From Camelus ferus (Eukaryota), in the NCBI RefSeq assembly GCF_009834535.1, contig NC_045697.1:80540001-80604000 (forward strand): DNA of 64,000 nucleotides, read 5' to 3'. Shown in pieces: positions 23,402 to 38,239 of the stretch; positions within the stretch are counted from its first letter, which is position 1; each line of letters begins with the position of its first letter. The notes beneath the pieces were generated by a model. It did no database searches, was not told the DNA's origin, and saw only the letters and a program-made list of their open reading frames with translations. Position numbers and translations under genes: made by a program.

Positions 23402-23760
23402 TGTAATGATTAACTTTTATGTCAACTTGGCTAGGCCATGGTACCCTGATATTTGGTATAATACTCTAGATGTTTCCATGAAAATATTTTTAAAATGAGA
23501 TTAACATTTAAATCAGCAGACTAAGTGAACCAGATTGTCCTCCATAATGTGGGTAGGCATATTCCAATCAGCTGAAGGCCTTAATAAAAAAAAGAAGACT
23601 GATGTCCTCTGAAGAAGGGAAATTTTCCAGTATTCTGCCTTCAGACTTGAACTGCAGGCACCACAGCCTGCTGGCCTACCTTGTAGATTTTGGATTTGCC
23701 AATCTCCACAACTGTGTGAGTCAATTCCTTAAAATAAACTTCTCTCTTTCTCTGCATCTA
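23402..23760 (+). mobile_element. ERVL MLT2-type LTR
   Basis: tgtaatgattaacttttatgtcaacttggctaggccatggtaccc...ccaatcagctgaaggccttaata...tgtgtgagtcaattccttaaaataaac, typical of MLT2. Confidence 0.9.
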
Positions 23761-23784
23761 TTTATATTAAAAGTAACTAAACTA

Positions 23785-23930
23785 GATTAAAAGTCAGTTT
23801 CTCAGATATTTTAGCCACATTCCAAGTTTTCAATAGCCACATGTGGCTAGTAGCTACCATACTGGGTAACACAGATAGAGAATATTTATATCATTGAATG
23901 AAAGTTCTATTGGACTGTATTTCTCTAGAG
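23785..23930. mobile_element. hAT-Charlie MITE (MER3/MER33-like)
   Basis: tagccacattccaagttttcaatagccacatgtggctagtagctaccatactgg...gaaagttctattggac. Confidence 0.85.
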
Positions 23931-26649
23931 TAAGACTGTCTAGAGTCAAATTTTACTTCCAGGGCTTATTAGCAATGGGAACGCTGTGCATTTAGTTTCT
24001 AGTTATAGAATTTACTAGGGTTGTTTTGAAAATTAAGTATTATAACTTATGTAAAGTACTTGGCTTTTTGTAAGCAGTCAATAACTGTTAGATTTTACTG
24101 TTAGTAATAGTACCATAATCCTCAATTTTAAAATGCACATTTTTCATAGCTTAACAATTCCAAAATTTTTTAGAATTTTAAAATTAACTTGCATATTTAA
24201 TATAATTGTATTTAATACATTGGGTTCTTGACTATTAACGGCATCTTATAATCAATAAAATATGAAATACATTCCCAGAGCAATGTATGTGTTTGAAATT
24301 TGCATATCAAAGTGGCATAAAATTCTAAAAGCACCATAAGATGTAAATTAGGCAGGAAGATTGAGACAAATAGCTTGGAACAAAGATAATTTGTTTTTAT
24401 TTTATGTTATAACTATAAAGCTTCAAATTTATGTCCCTATGTTTCATATTATGAAAGATTTCCAGCAAATATTTACTTGTCTGTTTAAAGATGGAAGACA
24501 CAGCGCTCTTTAGTTTTCCTCAGTTTTATAATTAACTTTCTCCTTCCCTTCCAGTCTCTTCCCCTCCCTCCCTCTCTCCTTAATGAAGGTGCTGCTTAAA
24601 CAAAGGTGAACAAGATAGAGTAGCTTATCTCAAGGAGTTTATAGCCAAATAATAAAAGATAAGGTAAATTTAAATTCCGTATGTTAAGTGCTTAAAGAGG
24701 GGTGATGACAGTGTGATATGGAAACTCAAATGTTCACATTTCAAGAAAGTTCAAAGAAATATTCTCTAGGGAAATATTTAAGATGAGATTTGAATATCAG
24801 AATAGAAAGGTGAAGAGGGTAGGAAAAAACTTTCAAGCAGAGACTAAATGATGTGAACAGGCACAATGGTGGAATTCTAAGTAGCTCAATATGGCAGGCA
24901 AAGCCAGGGTTGAGGATATAGGAAAGGGTTTCATGTGGTAAAAGGATAGGAAAAACCAGCTAACTGGAGTGTCTGCTGATACAACTTTGCAAATAGAACT
25001 CTAAAGTTTTCAAGTTCTTCTAGCTTTCAAGTTATAGCAAGAAAAAGTTCCTCTAGTAAGGAATGGGGAGGCATAAAATTTCAAAATATTGGATGTAGGA
25101 GAGATGGGCATGGAACTCAGGTGCTGTCCATAAAGGGCAGGACTAGGCAATCAGGTATACCAAGAGGGCACTACACAGTGGGGCAGGGGAGCGCAGCTAT
25201 AAGGGAGGGAACACTAGAAGCCAACGTCATAGACCTCACTTTTGACAATGTCTGGTCAATCAGAGGAAGTTCTACAGACTGAGGACTAGCTTCACTGCAC
25301 ACAATGCAGCAGTGTGGGATGCTGCAAAGTGGTGCGTGAGAACAGTATCCTCACAAACTCAGAGGAAAGAATTAGACTACAAAATTAACCAGATTAGGGG
25401 AGAATTTTAGTATGTATCGAAGTCGCTTGGCGGAGACATCCACTGTTAATTACCAATGACATTAGCACCTATATAAAAAGGAATGTGTAACTCAGAATGA
25501 GGACCAATAATCTGCAAGTGACCCAGAAAAAGAAGTCAAAGGGGCAGTCTATTTTTGTGTCTCCGAGACTGCTCTGTCATTTGGGTGCCTCGGCTATTCA
25601 ACTCTATCTGCCTAGTTACTGTGACAAGTTTATGTCTATAGCAAAGATGCAAGGACCTGGTTAGGGGTCTCTAAACCAGATGTCTCCACCTCAGAGCAGG
25701 TAGAAGGCAGAAAGAAAATATTAGAAACACTGTATATATTTTTAAATTTTTATTAAATTTCTGGTTTTGGGTATATTATTTCTTATAATGCATATTAAAT
25801 ATTATTTATATATTTAATGTATGATTAAATAAATATATACACATATGTTGGGGGTACCTGCTAATTTTTTAATTCTAAGTTGTTTGCAATAAACAAAAAT
25901 CAATTTTGGAAGCCATAAAACATTAGAATCATTAGCCTGTCCACCAGGTCTAGGCTCACTAACCAGTTTCTGCTTATAATTTGGTTTCCATTCAAGCAGA
26001 GAATAAATGCAGCAGTTATGCCAACACAATAGCATTCTATACCATATGAAAATTTATATTTTAGATTAATAAACAATTTACCTGGTCTATGTACTTATTC
26101 TTTTTCTAAGAAAAAGGTGCATTTTAAATGTGGTGGCTGAAAACTCAAATATCACACTCTGAATCATGAAAACTTAAAAGTCAAATATCACTCAATTAAG
26201 TATTAGCAATTAAGGACTGCTTTTCAGTGTGATTTTCCAATATGGTCCACACATGTTTCTGAGTCTACTAACTGTAGCCAGTAGAAGTATAAATAAATAT
26301 CCATAAAAGTGAAGACTGTCAATAGCTCAGCTTCCTTTGCTTTGGCCCAAATTCAAGTTTTTGAGCAAGAGGATAAGTAATAAGTGTGAATTTTTCCTGT
26401 TCATTAATAACTTTACTCTCCTCTTGGACCTACAGTGATCCAAGATTAAGTGAAAAGAGGAGGCAAAAGCAATTAATGAGATAACCAAAGCAAGGAAGCA
26501 TAGAGAAGGAGGCCAATTGTGCTATTCTGTTTCTACAGAATATCATCAATTTGTAAATGAGCCAAAGCGAATTTTCTAACAAAAGTTAAGATTCTGTTCT
26601 TACTCACATTCTACCTTTCCACTTAGAACATCAAAACTACAGTCTCATT

Positions 26650-28780
26650 TGCCAAATACACTTGTTTTCCGATAGTATATTCTCAGCTCTGCAGACCATT
26701 GGTAAGAACCCTCCTACAATCCTGACAGGTCCCCACCACGCTGTGGCTCAGCTCCAGTTCCATTTGGTTCTTTATTTCTATTTAAGTCACATCCCAGATA
26801 AAACCTGGGTCTCCAAACATCTCAGTCTCTGATACCACTAAGCATCTGTATATTCCTTCCTCGTTTTCACTCCCATTTCCAACTCCTCCCCAACACACTG
26901 TGTCCTCTGGAGCAGTCATAAGCAAAGTTCTTTTTCACACTTTTGAACATGATCTTTATCTTCTTGTTGCCACTGAAAACCGGCTCTCTTCTGACAACAC
27001 TCCAGCCTCTCCAGCTCTCTCAAGCAATGGCTCGTCTCTCTTCCACACCACCAGGCCCGAAAATTGGGTAAATACCCTACTTGCATTTCATTGCTACTTC
27101 CAAACAATTCTCTTTCTCCTCTCTATAAACTCAAACTTTGAATCTCATGTTATCAGACGATAGAAGATACTGTATGTCATTTTTTCATACCATTCTTCTT
27201 CTTCAGTTTTTGAAGATTTTGGCTCTTTGTTTATTGTAAAACACTCAACTCAACTTCAAGATCTACATGAATGATCCTCCAACTCTTTAAACTTGGTTCC
27301 TTTACATCCTCTCCTCCCATGATCTTGTCTCCCCAGCTACCAACTCCTGTGATCACATCCTAGAAGATCTTATCATCACCATTTTTGGAAACCTCACTGT
27401 AATCACAATTTCAAACACCTAATTCTTTGATCACTGACTCCTTTTTTTTTTCTTTGACTCATTCCTTCTGGTACCTTAATTTAAAAAAAAAATCTGTGCC
27501 CCCTGAGACTAACAATCAATGTATTCTACTACCTTGTCACTATCCTTGTACCCACTGCCTAGTTTAAATCCCATGTGCCTTCATTGTAATTACCTCCTTG
27601 CACATGTGTGCAACTCTCTTTCCTTCCTTCTAACTATCACACTTCTGGTGAAATCTTAATTCTACCTAAATCCAACTCTCTGTCTAAGCCATTCCCAGAA
27701 AAAACAAAACAAAACAAACCTACAATGACGTGTACTAGTCTCACTTTAAAGTCATGATCATTAATCTCAAGTGGGCCCTTAGTGCTGACCATCGGTCCTA
27801 CTTTATTCTCCCTGTTCATCACCTCTCTCATTTTCCTAGATTAACTTTACATGCCATACTTTTTCCCTCAACTCTCTTAACAGTTATTCCCTCATCCTCA
27901 CTCTCAGCTCATTAAGTTACTTCTTATTTCATGAAGGAAACAGAATCATGCCAACCTACTACCCTTGCCTCTGAGCTCATACACTCTGCCTTCCTTTGAG
28001 TGTTCAAAGCTAAGGCCAACCTCCCACCTTGCACACTAGATCTCATCCTCTCTTGCCTACTCATGAACATCTCTCCAGCAATTCTGTCACACTGTCTTCA
28101 GCAACAGCAAATTCTTCCTCTCTGTGGAACCATTTCCATCAGCTTACGTGATGTTGCTATTATTTATTCCATCTTACAAAACAGCTTTTCTTGATTCTAC
28201 TTTCCTTTCTAGGTACTGCCCTATTTTTTCACTTAGCCACTTTTACATCAAAACCCCTTGAAATGTTTGTTGACACTTGCCTCCACCTAGTTTTCTCCCA
28301 CTTTCTTTTGAACATATTTCTAATAGGTTTTTCTACCCACCACTCCACTAAAAGATCACCACTGACCTCCACGTTTTTAAAGCCAATGGTCAATACTCAG
28401 TCCTCCTCTCACTTGATCTGTGAGTAGTAGCTATTGGCAAAGTAGATCATTTGATTCTCCTTTACCCACTTTCTTCACTTGGCTTTTAGAACACTCTCTC
28501 TTGGGTTTCCTCCCACTTCACTGGCTGCTTCTTTTCAGTATCCTTTTGACACCCCTCATCCACTAGACCTCTGAACTGTGGAGTGCTTGGGTTCAACTTT
28601 GGATCCCATATAGTATCATGGCTTTTAAATGCCTTTCACTTACATCTACAGATACATAATCTCTCTTCCAAACCCCAGTTTCTTATATTTAATTGCTTGC
28701 TTGACAACTCCACTCTAACATCTAATCTGTGCCTCATACTTAACAAGGCCCAAAGCAAACTTTTTATTTACTTCCCTCCT
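26650..28780 (+). mobile_element. L2 LINE ORF2 remnant (~2.1 kb)
   Basis: Pyrimidine-rich L2 body motifs (catgatcattaatctcaagtgggcccttagtgctg; cacctTGCACACTAGATCTCATCCTCTCTTGCCTACTCA; ccaatggtcaatactcagtcctc); no intact ORF. Confidence 0.88.
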
Positions 28781-31700
28781 CAGAACACATAAGTGATTCA
28801 AAACAATAAACAATTTAAAATTGTATATTCTAAACCCTGGAGTTTATCTTACTATACTGGAATAGGAATTGATCCAAGAAAGTAAGAGCAAACAAAACCA
28901 GTTTTTCAGTGCAAACCAGACTCAGCAATCCTCTCTGTCCTTTTTCTGACAACTTGTTCAGTCTTTTCTCTACTCTCCCATTTATCCTAAGTGTACAACA
29001 TGATTCTCAAACTTCCCCTAAAATAACAGCTTAGAGTGTCTGGATTTTATATTATTTTCCTTCTGAAAGTCAGTATCTCTGAAAACTTAAAATGAATTTT
29101 GAACATTCTTTCTAAACTTATGTAATTAAGGATACCAACTGAGGGAATGAAATATCACACAAAACCAATCATTAGGAAACGTGCTGCCCACTATCTCCTC
29201 ACCATAATTCACAGTGTAAATAAATTCCAAATATGACGCTCTAACCTAGAAAAAATATAGTGATCATATAGGTAACAGCTCTGACTTAGTCTGATCTTTT
29301 CCTCATTCATGTAATAAAGATGAGCAATTTCTGTGGGTAAGATGCAACTTTTGATATCATGAAGAATGCCAAGATACCTGAGAAATAAAGAGCTAAGTAA
29401 GGAGGACAAGACATATATAGAAATATATGCAAGACAGAAAATTCTTTGGGCCTTCTAATTCTGGCTGGGTAGATAGAAAGATGATGTCACATGGTTTATA
29501 ATTAACTGGAGGGTAGAGTCTGAGTTCTGGTTTTCTACTTCCTACAAGCACATTGAAATAAAGGCTATGAATAAATGAGTGAATGAGTAAACGAATGAAT
29601 TTTGTCTACTTATATGTTCATGGATCAGATGGTATTTAAAAGAAAGAGAACGTATCTGCTACCCTTTTAAAAAGAGGACATTTGCATGTAGACCACGGTA
29701 GGCAGATGTATTCCAAAGAGCAACTGGGTTTGGTCAGCAAAAAAACAAGAAACTGAAGAACATTCTGGAAACACATCTACAACTTTCATTAGGTAGCTGC
29801 TTTAAGCACTTCACACACAGGGGCTCGAGTCTGTAGTTTCTGGCGTATATAGTAGCTACTTAACAAATAAATAAATGGAACGAATGCATGCATGAGTGAA
29901 GGCTGAATGTTAGATAGTATTATTCTCCATCACCTCAACCTGTATATTTCCTGTCCAGCATGATCTGAAGTTATCTTACTCACTGGGCTATTTGTTCTCT
30001 ATTTGCTGCTCACTGGAACTAGAATATAAGTTCCACGGAGGCAAGGGCCTTTTCTAACTTCTTCATCACTGTATTTTTGCTGCACTGCAAAGCACCTGGT
30101 GCATACTATGACTGAAATAGTATGTAGCATGAGTGTTTTAATATAGGGGCGTGGCAGAGTGAAGAAGGGAATAAAGTTAACTATTATAAATGAGGAAAGT
30201 TACCTTGAAAAACAGACACATTGCTAACAACGGATACTTTTTGACTAGTCACAGTTTATGAGAAGTTGGGCAGGATGCTTTATGGGATTTATACACTTAA
30301 AATCAAGCAAGGAATATAAACAATTATAGTGTCTTTAACCCCTGCAAAAAATAAAGACAATAATATAATCTTCCTCACTATAACCTATAAATACAGAAAA
30401 ATATTTTTTCACTAGACATAGAGAATTGTTTAGAGAATGTTAATATATAAAGAAGATAAAATTTTAACAGCTAGAATTAAAAATAATGTACCAATTAAAA
30501 AACTAACTTGGTTACTACTTTTTATACTACTCTGAAATAATCTAACCACAGAATTAGTTATTTTAAAAAAACTAATACATATTACTTTAGAAACATAATC
30601 AGATTCACTGTAGGCTTTTTTAATCTCAAAATAATTAGAAGGGCACTGTCATTAATCATAGAGGTAAAGACATTTTTTTTATAGCTCAAATACCAAACCA
30701 TTTTTGTTTTGCAGTTCATAAAAGCAGAATAATAATGAAGCAAAATTAAATTTTCAAAAAACCTCTAAGAATGTAATAAGTATTTGGTTATTTCAAATGA
30801 AATATTAGTGTGTTTTTAACATCTTCTATTCATATGTATACTCACATCCCCACTTTTGGTTATATTGCATTGAAGTCTGTGAACACAAGAACATTAACGC
30901 ATCGAAAGGACACTAAAACCTTAGTGTAAATCAGGTCTTGCTGGATTAAGCAACAGGATAATCCTGAATGCCTAGAAAGTGGGGATAAAGACAGGGGACC
31001 TAGAAAAGGAAAAGGAGTTACCAAAGATGGATTTTTATCTGGTTTAAAACTTGGCCTAGAATTGGCTCTAAGAAAAAGTTACATTAAAGAGTAAATTCAA
31101 AATGGATTACAAATTTAAAATAAGAGAAAAACATTTTTCATGTTAAATCCAAATATTTTGACAGTTTGCATACATACTTCTTGAATTTGGGCATGTATAT
31201 TTAAAGCAGATTACTTTTGGAGTAAGATTCTTAGGGGCCCCTACACAACTGACTTCCTTTTTCTTTTCTAGTTTCTACAAGGCCCTCCTGAAGTAAACCT
31301 CCAGGTTTCAGAGAAAAAGGAGACAGCCTTCCAGCTGATTAGCCTTTGAAGGTTTATTAACAAAGAACAAATAGATCTTTCCATTTCATTCTACATTGGA
31401 ACTTTTGCACTCTTCACAGAGCCAGGAACATTGTAGAAGCTGATAAGTATTTCCAAAAAGAATGAATACCTCCTTTCCAGATGTAAACGTGATGTACACA
31501 GCAACATAGGAACACTCCCGACATTCTGAAAGCAAGATGCACTAGTGAGCGTTTCTAAGGATTTTGAAAGTTGTAAAACAAACAAAAAAACCACTTTTCA
31601 GTTACATAAAAAAGCAAGCCAACATGTAGTTCTTTGGCATCTCAGAACATCTTATATGATACAAGAGTTGCTTCTTCTGTGTTCATGTTTTGGTTCATCA

Positions 31701-33689
31701 AATATTTATTTGGTTCCTACCATATGGAAGAAAATCTTCCAGGAGTTTAAAAGATGGGAAAGCACGGCCTATCTGCCCTCAAATAACTTACAACAAAATA
31801 AAGTATCTGATATTGGTGTGTTGCCCAGAAGCCCCCAAATGATCACAATTCAAGACAGATGTACTGTTAAAAATTATAAAATGTCACTTAATTCAAATTA
31901 AAAACATGACTTAAAGTCCTAATGTGTAAAGCAGCACACAAAACTCTGTGGTGGAAACAAAAATAATATATAATTTCTACTTTTAATTAAATTATAATAT
32001 AGATGAAGCAATAACTCATGTACATAAATTATTATAAGCAAGCAAAATGTTAAATTAATTTTACCAACTTAAAACTGCAGCAATTCAAAAACAAGAATGC
32101 TCAAAATCTTTTCATTCATTATCTACTATAGCAGAACTCTGAGAAAGATATTATAAGTATTACAAATCAGAAATTAGAGGTTTTAGAGTTAAGAAATATA
32201 TAAGAAGTCATGCTTCTAGAACGTGGAGTTGTAGGGATGATGGTGGGAGCGGGTTAGAGAAAGTGTCAAGGACCTGACTTCTTTGAAATACAATTCAACT
32301 GTTGAGACAGTGAAGGAGGAAGACTGGCTACAAGGAATCTTGTTAGGTAAATGTGCTGAATTTGAAGAGCACAGGAACAGTCAAGGTTAACTGGAAAATA
32401 ACGGATGAGTAGTGTGCAATAAAGGCAAAGAAGGATCAAATCCTGGAGGGGCCCTGAAGACCTACTCAATCAATGGTAGTAGCTTCTGAATTCACATGTT
32501 CACCCCCTCTTCTCACTTCTCATGTCATTCAGCTCAAATTAATTTACTAAGCAGCTTTGGGATCCACATTCTATAAATAAAGCCCAATCACATAATACTG
32601 CTGCTAAAAAACCAGTTACCTACAAAATACACAAAGTATAAGACATCTCAGAATGTGAAGGCCTTGAAATTATTGTGAATTTTCAGAAACTCAAGTAACA
32701 AGGGCCCACTCTGCCACTGTTCCAAATAAACCCCAAACAACATCACTCCCGTGACTTTATTCAGAATGAATCTTTATTCTGGAACCACTTCCACCGTTAA
32801 AGGCCCATTCTGAATGCCACCTCTGTCGTGGAGCTTTCCTCCCTCCTTCAAGCACAAAGTAGAAAACCATCAACAATCACTAGGGAACGTTCTTGTTAGA
32901 TTTGGCAAGGAGTGGAGATGAGTGATCTCAGATCTTCATTTTAGGGCTGGCATATACACAATGGGCAGTGCTGCTGGAACTTCCAAGTTTTTCCTTAAAA
33001 TGGAAGTCATAAAAATATGAAAAATATTTACCACATGTTTATTTAAACAGTACCCAAGACATATGTTCCATTATAGCCAGGCATGAATAACCCTCTGGAA
33101 CAGCTAACAGATATATGGGAAGAAAATATCTGGCCTAATGACTCAGAAATTTACCTAGATAGTGAAAAACACTAACAACTAGGAGTACAAAGCATCTTTC
33201 TACTAAGGATCCCAAGAAGCTCATTCACAAAGGCAGGCTTTGACCTTTTAGTGTATCCCAATATGTGTCCTCAAACCCAAGCAGTATCAGGGATTTTCTG
33301 TTGGCTACTAAGATTCTTTTGGTCAAAGTTCATCTTTGGGGGATCAGAGCTGCTCAGGTACTTTTTCAAAGTTGACACGGAGGAGTCAGCACCTACAATA
33401 AGCTCCAGTTTCAACCCTCCCTGCTCTTATTCCTCTCCCAGGCTCCTATGATCCTGAATCCTTCACACCTTAGCTCATAGCTGAGGACTCGGCTGGTTCC
33501 TCTTAGTCCTAGAGTACAGAGACTCTCTGCCACTGTTACACTCTGCTGGGACATAGAGGACCAGATTCATACTGTGCTGAGCACCTTTCCGTGTTGTCCC
33601 ACCACATTACATGTAGCAGATTGGTTTCCTATACTGAACAGAAATTCCTGTGTAAATATCTCAAACACATTTTATTGAGGCTTGCCTAT

Positions 33690-34530
33690 GCTTTCTTTTA
33701 ACACATATTAATTGAACACTCCTTTGGGATAGGCACTAAAGCGTGTGTGAGACACAGCTCCTCATTCCCTACAGGGGAGTCAGATAATTAACAATTCAAC
33801 CAATCAGCAAATAAGAAAATTCAAGTCGTGATAACTGCTATGGAAAAACTAAAGCTAATGGCAGAGTGACTGGAGAAAGGTACATTAAGTAGGGGGAAAG
33901 GGAAGGCTTCTTTGAGGGTGTGGCTTTTGCCCTGGCACCTGAATGATGAGACGAAGCCAAGTAAAGATATGGGGGTAAGTCATTCAGGCAGAAGGAAAGG
34001 TAAATGTAAGAGAGAGATGGTTGGCTAGAGCACAGCAAAGGAGGGAAGATGGTAGGAAAAAGGCTAAGGGGGCAAGTAGAGGCCAAAATATGCTGGACTT
34101 TGTGGGTTGTGTCATAGAATTTGCATTTTACTCTAACTGAAATGGTAAAACCACTGGAAATTTTTAAGCAGGGGAGTGATATGATCTGATTGAAGCTTTT
34201 TAAAATCTCTTTGGCTAACCTGTGGAGAATGCAATTTTGGTGGCGAAAGAGGAAATAATGTGAATGCTGCTATAATAAGTGGCAAGTGATATCTGTGGGT
34301 TGGCCTGTGGTTTAGAACCAGGAGACTCAGAGAAATGATATTTAGGAATTTATTTGCTTGTAGACCTGACAGAGCTAGACATGGGATGTGTGTGTGTGTG
34401 TGTGTGTGCACGCAAACGTATGTGTATGTATCTGTGTGGGTCTGTGCCTTTGGGACGGAGAAGATGGATAAACAGAAGCCAAGATGATTTCTAGGATTTG
34501 GAATCAAGCAATTGTGTGGACAATGGGAAG
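33690..34530 (-). mobile_element. L2 LINE 3' region with an internal (GT)n
   Basis: ggaaggcttctttgagggtgtggc...aaaccactggaaatttttaagcaggggagtgatatgatctgatt; (GT)n at ~34387-34408. Confidence 0.82.
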
Positions 34531-35247
34531 ACTATAAGAGGAATGTATAAAGAAATTCAAAGCTTTGTCTTCAAGACTGAGGCTGCTAGATTAATCTGAT
34601 AGTTCCTCATAAGGCAGATTTCTTGAGGAAATATAAGATTTCCTTATAATTTTAGAGTTATCTAGTCACTAAAAGGGATTCATTGCCTAAAGGAAAAATA
34701 GTTAAGACTAACTTGCCAAATAAAATTACATACATTTTAAAGGAAATATTGTCCAAGACATGGAAATGGACAAAAGAGATTTCTGAGTGTCCTTTCAGGG
34801 CTGTGCTGGGAGGTAGAGTGTTCTATGGGATCTTCTGGGGACTATCAATTCCACAGGGGTATGGGTTTTATTATTGACTTGGCTATTGTATAACTCTGTA
34901 GGGGTTAGAAGTTAAGGGGTAGAGAACTGAGGGTAATAAAATGATTCTTGTTCATAGCAATGCAAATGAATTTTGTTCAGTAGAAATAGAAACAACTGCT
35001 TTCTGCCTTATAAAAAGGTCATTCCAAACATTGTATTTTATTGCCCTATTAATATTAACCAGTTTTGCACCTATTAAAATATTTATTTTAGCATTCGTGA
35101 TTGCATATACATTATTCTTGAAATTCTCATTTGAATATTGATTTCTACGTGGTTCCTTCCTTAAACTGATGAGTTCAATAAAACCTTCTACATGTTTAAT
35201 TTATATTTGAATGAAAGAAAAAAAAATTTATCTTTTGAAATTACATG

Positions 35248-35633
35248 TGTTAAAAACCAGATAACAAGCCCAAAATGGAGTCACCTGTGCTAAGCTCCAT
35301 GTCAAAAAACCTAAACACTTAACCTAATTACAGTTTAGGCCCCTCCAGAAATAGAATCTTAAACCAGTCAATTAGGAGCTGCCTGATCAACACTAGTCAG
35401 GTAATCTGCCTGATACAGCCTACCATCCCTCAAAGAAAGTAACCTTGCAATAATTAAACCATTCCTTTGTCTAGTATAACTTCCTTGTTCTGCTTCTTTT
35501 TGCCTATAAAAGCTTTTCATTTTATACAGCTCCTTGGAGCTCCTATTTATTTACTAGATGGGATGCTGCCCAATTCGAAATGAATTTTGCTCAAACTCAA
35601 AAGTTTTAATATTCCTCAGTTTATCTTTTAACA
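35248..35633 (+). mobile_element. ERV1-class solo LTR (386 bp)
   Basis: 8-bp inverted termini TGTTAAAA...TTTTAACA, perfect TSD CATG (35244-35247 / 35634-35637), TATA-like cctataaaagc near 35503. Confidence 0.92.
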
Positions 35634-37758
35634 CATGGTAACAAGAATAACAATAGTGCATTAAAAAATCAAGGGAAGTCTGAATTTTGAAGTCTGAATA
35701 GAAAGTTATTGGCTGTGATTAGATCTTTGGTGATCTCTCTTAAAATGCCCATTTATGACAATGAGACAGAAAAGGACAGAAATAAGTAAATCTTCAATAG
35801 TTAGGAATATAATTGTCTAGCAGAATATAGGTGATATCATTATTGTGATGGAGTACATATGAACCTGTTTCTGACACTCAAATGCTAAGGAATTTTGAGG
35901 AAGGGGCGTTTTTTGATCATCTTTCGAAAAAGGTTTTATGAAGAAGTATGAGAAAACTAGCTTAATTGTCATCATAAATCTCATTGCTACATTTTCATAT
36001 TAAAATCCTTAATGCAGTTTACCTTTATGTGTCTGACATTTATATACAGAGGTATAACCATTGTTTAGAAGTAGCCTGTATATTTGCAGTTTGCCTGTTC
36101 TTTGATTTCTTTTTACTCTCTTCCTTATGAAATGAAAAATAATTCTCCTAAGTAATTTCCACACAGCTTCTTTTCTGATTTGAACGAACAATCTTGGTTG
36201 TTGGGAGAGGATCCTTGGGGCATAGAAATATCAGTCTGTTCAGAGTGATCTAGGAAAGTAATTTCTCACAAACTGCCTTCCTTCTACTCTTTAAATTTCC
36301 TCCCACTAAGAATCACTTCTTGGTGTAAAATAATGTGCCCTGTGGTTTTGGGGATGAGTAACTTAAAATAAAGGAGGTATAAGTCACTTCTATCTACATT
36401 CCCCAGGTTAGAGAAGAGGAAGTAAAAAGTGAGCTGGAATTTACTCGTTTGCTCTCCTAGATGGCTTTCTCACCACTTTCTTATCTGCTTCCTTCATGCT
36501 TTTCTAAAACTGTAAACAACAAGGGACTGTGCTTGCTCTCCAAAATTAAAGTGAAAACAAATCCTCAATGCTATTACCACCATCTTTGAATGACTCACAA
36601 ACCACTAAACATAAATACAATGTGATGCAGTCACACAGAGCCCAGAGAAAACTCCCTTTTATAGCAAGTGGCATTGCTAGGAGCATAAAATAATGTACCC
36701 AAGGGAAAAGAATGTTGAGATATTGAAGATAACCTAAATATGCCATGGTTTACAGTGGATCAGCATCCCAAATTTCCCACATGGTCTCTACTGAATATTT
36801 TAGAGTGAAAAACGAATCAAGAAAGATGGTATTATATATACGCAGCACACACACATAGGTATACACACACGTGTGTGTGCACACAAATGTGTCAGCAAAT
36901 ATGATTTATATATTTAATATGCCAAACTCTCAAGTTCAATTTTGATTCACATAAATTTACATTCCTCCTTAGCCTTAATAATAGCAATAATAATGCATAT
37001 ATAATATTTTATATTTGTATAAATTATACAATTAATTTCCACACACATTATTACAGTTGAGCTCAGTGTGCAGCCATGAGGAAGCAAATGCAGTATTAAA
37101 ATTGTTTTGGTGATTTGAATTATAGCTATTTTGTTTTCCAGGTTCTTATTTTCTCTTCCTAAACATATTTGCTGTTTTTTTAATTATACAGGTTTTAAGG
37201 ATATTGTAATAATAGTTAAAAGTTATTTGTGCAACTTAGAAGTTAATATAATCAAATCTTCATCCATTAGAGATGATGCATTAGTAAAATGGAGTAGTAT
37301 CCAATAAATGATGATTCATTAAAAATTTTGATGAATATCACTTCTTATCAATTCCATAAACTAGGTGGAAAACATTTTATTTTTATTTTTGTCAATAGAT
37401 ATTTTATACAACATTGACACATACAGTAAAAATTTTCAAACTATCATGTTTAGGTACTTTGTGATTTAAAAGTGAAAAAAATCGCTTTTCTTTATTAGGT
37501 AGAAAATAAACTGCCTTAATTAAATAAAGAAATTACACAGACCGTATTTTACAAGTTACTTAATAAATTTTGCTGTTTTAAAATCATTTAGCTTGGGAAA
37601 TCTTATACTTTCTTTGGATAAGTATAATATGGTAAAATATATCACCAAATTTACCTGGTTATAGAATATTTTAATTATAGCATTTGGAAACTGTCATTAA
37701 CCTTTTTAATCTAATAAACTATATTAAAAGATAGTGTTTTATTTATTATATTATGAAA

Positions 37759-38239
37759 TGATGGGGTTCAGGACACACTACCCCAAAATATGGCACCTTA
37801 GTGTATCGACTATTTTAAGCAGCAGAAGCAGGAAGGTCACTCTGATCTCCCCATTTCTTTCCTGAAAGCAGAAGATAGACCTCCCATGTGAAAGGTGCCC
37901 TCCCTGCAGCAGGAGGAAGGGAGGCATTCACATCACCAGAGAAGGGGAATTCAGGGCAGAGAAGGCTGTATAAACAGCTGCTGTTACTTCTTCTCCATTT
38001 ACTACCCACAGCCCACTTTGTCTTGCCAATTCTTCACAAATTTGTTTCTTTGTCCAAAAAGTATACAAGCTTCCTGCTCTGGTTACTTCTTCCCGTCTTT
38101 GTTCTCTAGTGAAGGGTCCAACGTTCATCTAAAAATTCAGTAAACTTTGTATGCTTTTCTCTTGTTTATCTGTCTAATATCAGTTCTTAGGCCCAGCCAG
38201 AGACTCACAGAAGGAAGAGGGGATTTTTCCTCCCCTACA
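37759..38239 (+). mobile_element. ERV1 MER34/MER39-like solo LTR (481 bp)
   Basis: Starts TGATGGGGTTCAGGACACACTACCCCAAAATATGGCACC and ends TTCCTCCCCTACA; flanks GAAA/GAAG. Confidence 0.88.

Noticed and set aside
30910..30967. Cluster of three small hairpins suggesting a structured ncRNA
   Set aside because: Stems of only 5-7 bp, no snoRNA boxes or pre-miRNA-length stem; expected by chance in 64 kb.
36863..36878. 16-bp palindrome ACACACACGTGTGTGT and other short hairpins (1414-1431, 56031-56051)
   Set aside because: Low-complexity or 8-9-bp stems in AT-rich DNA, with no accompanying rearrangement signature.
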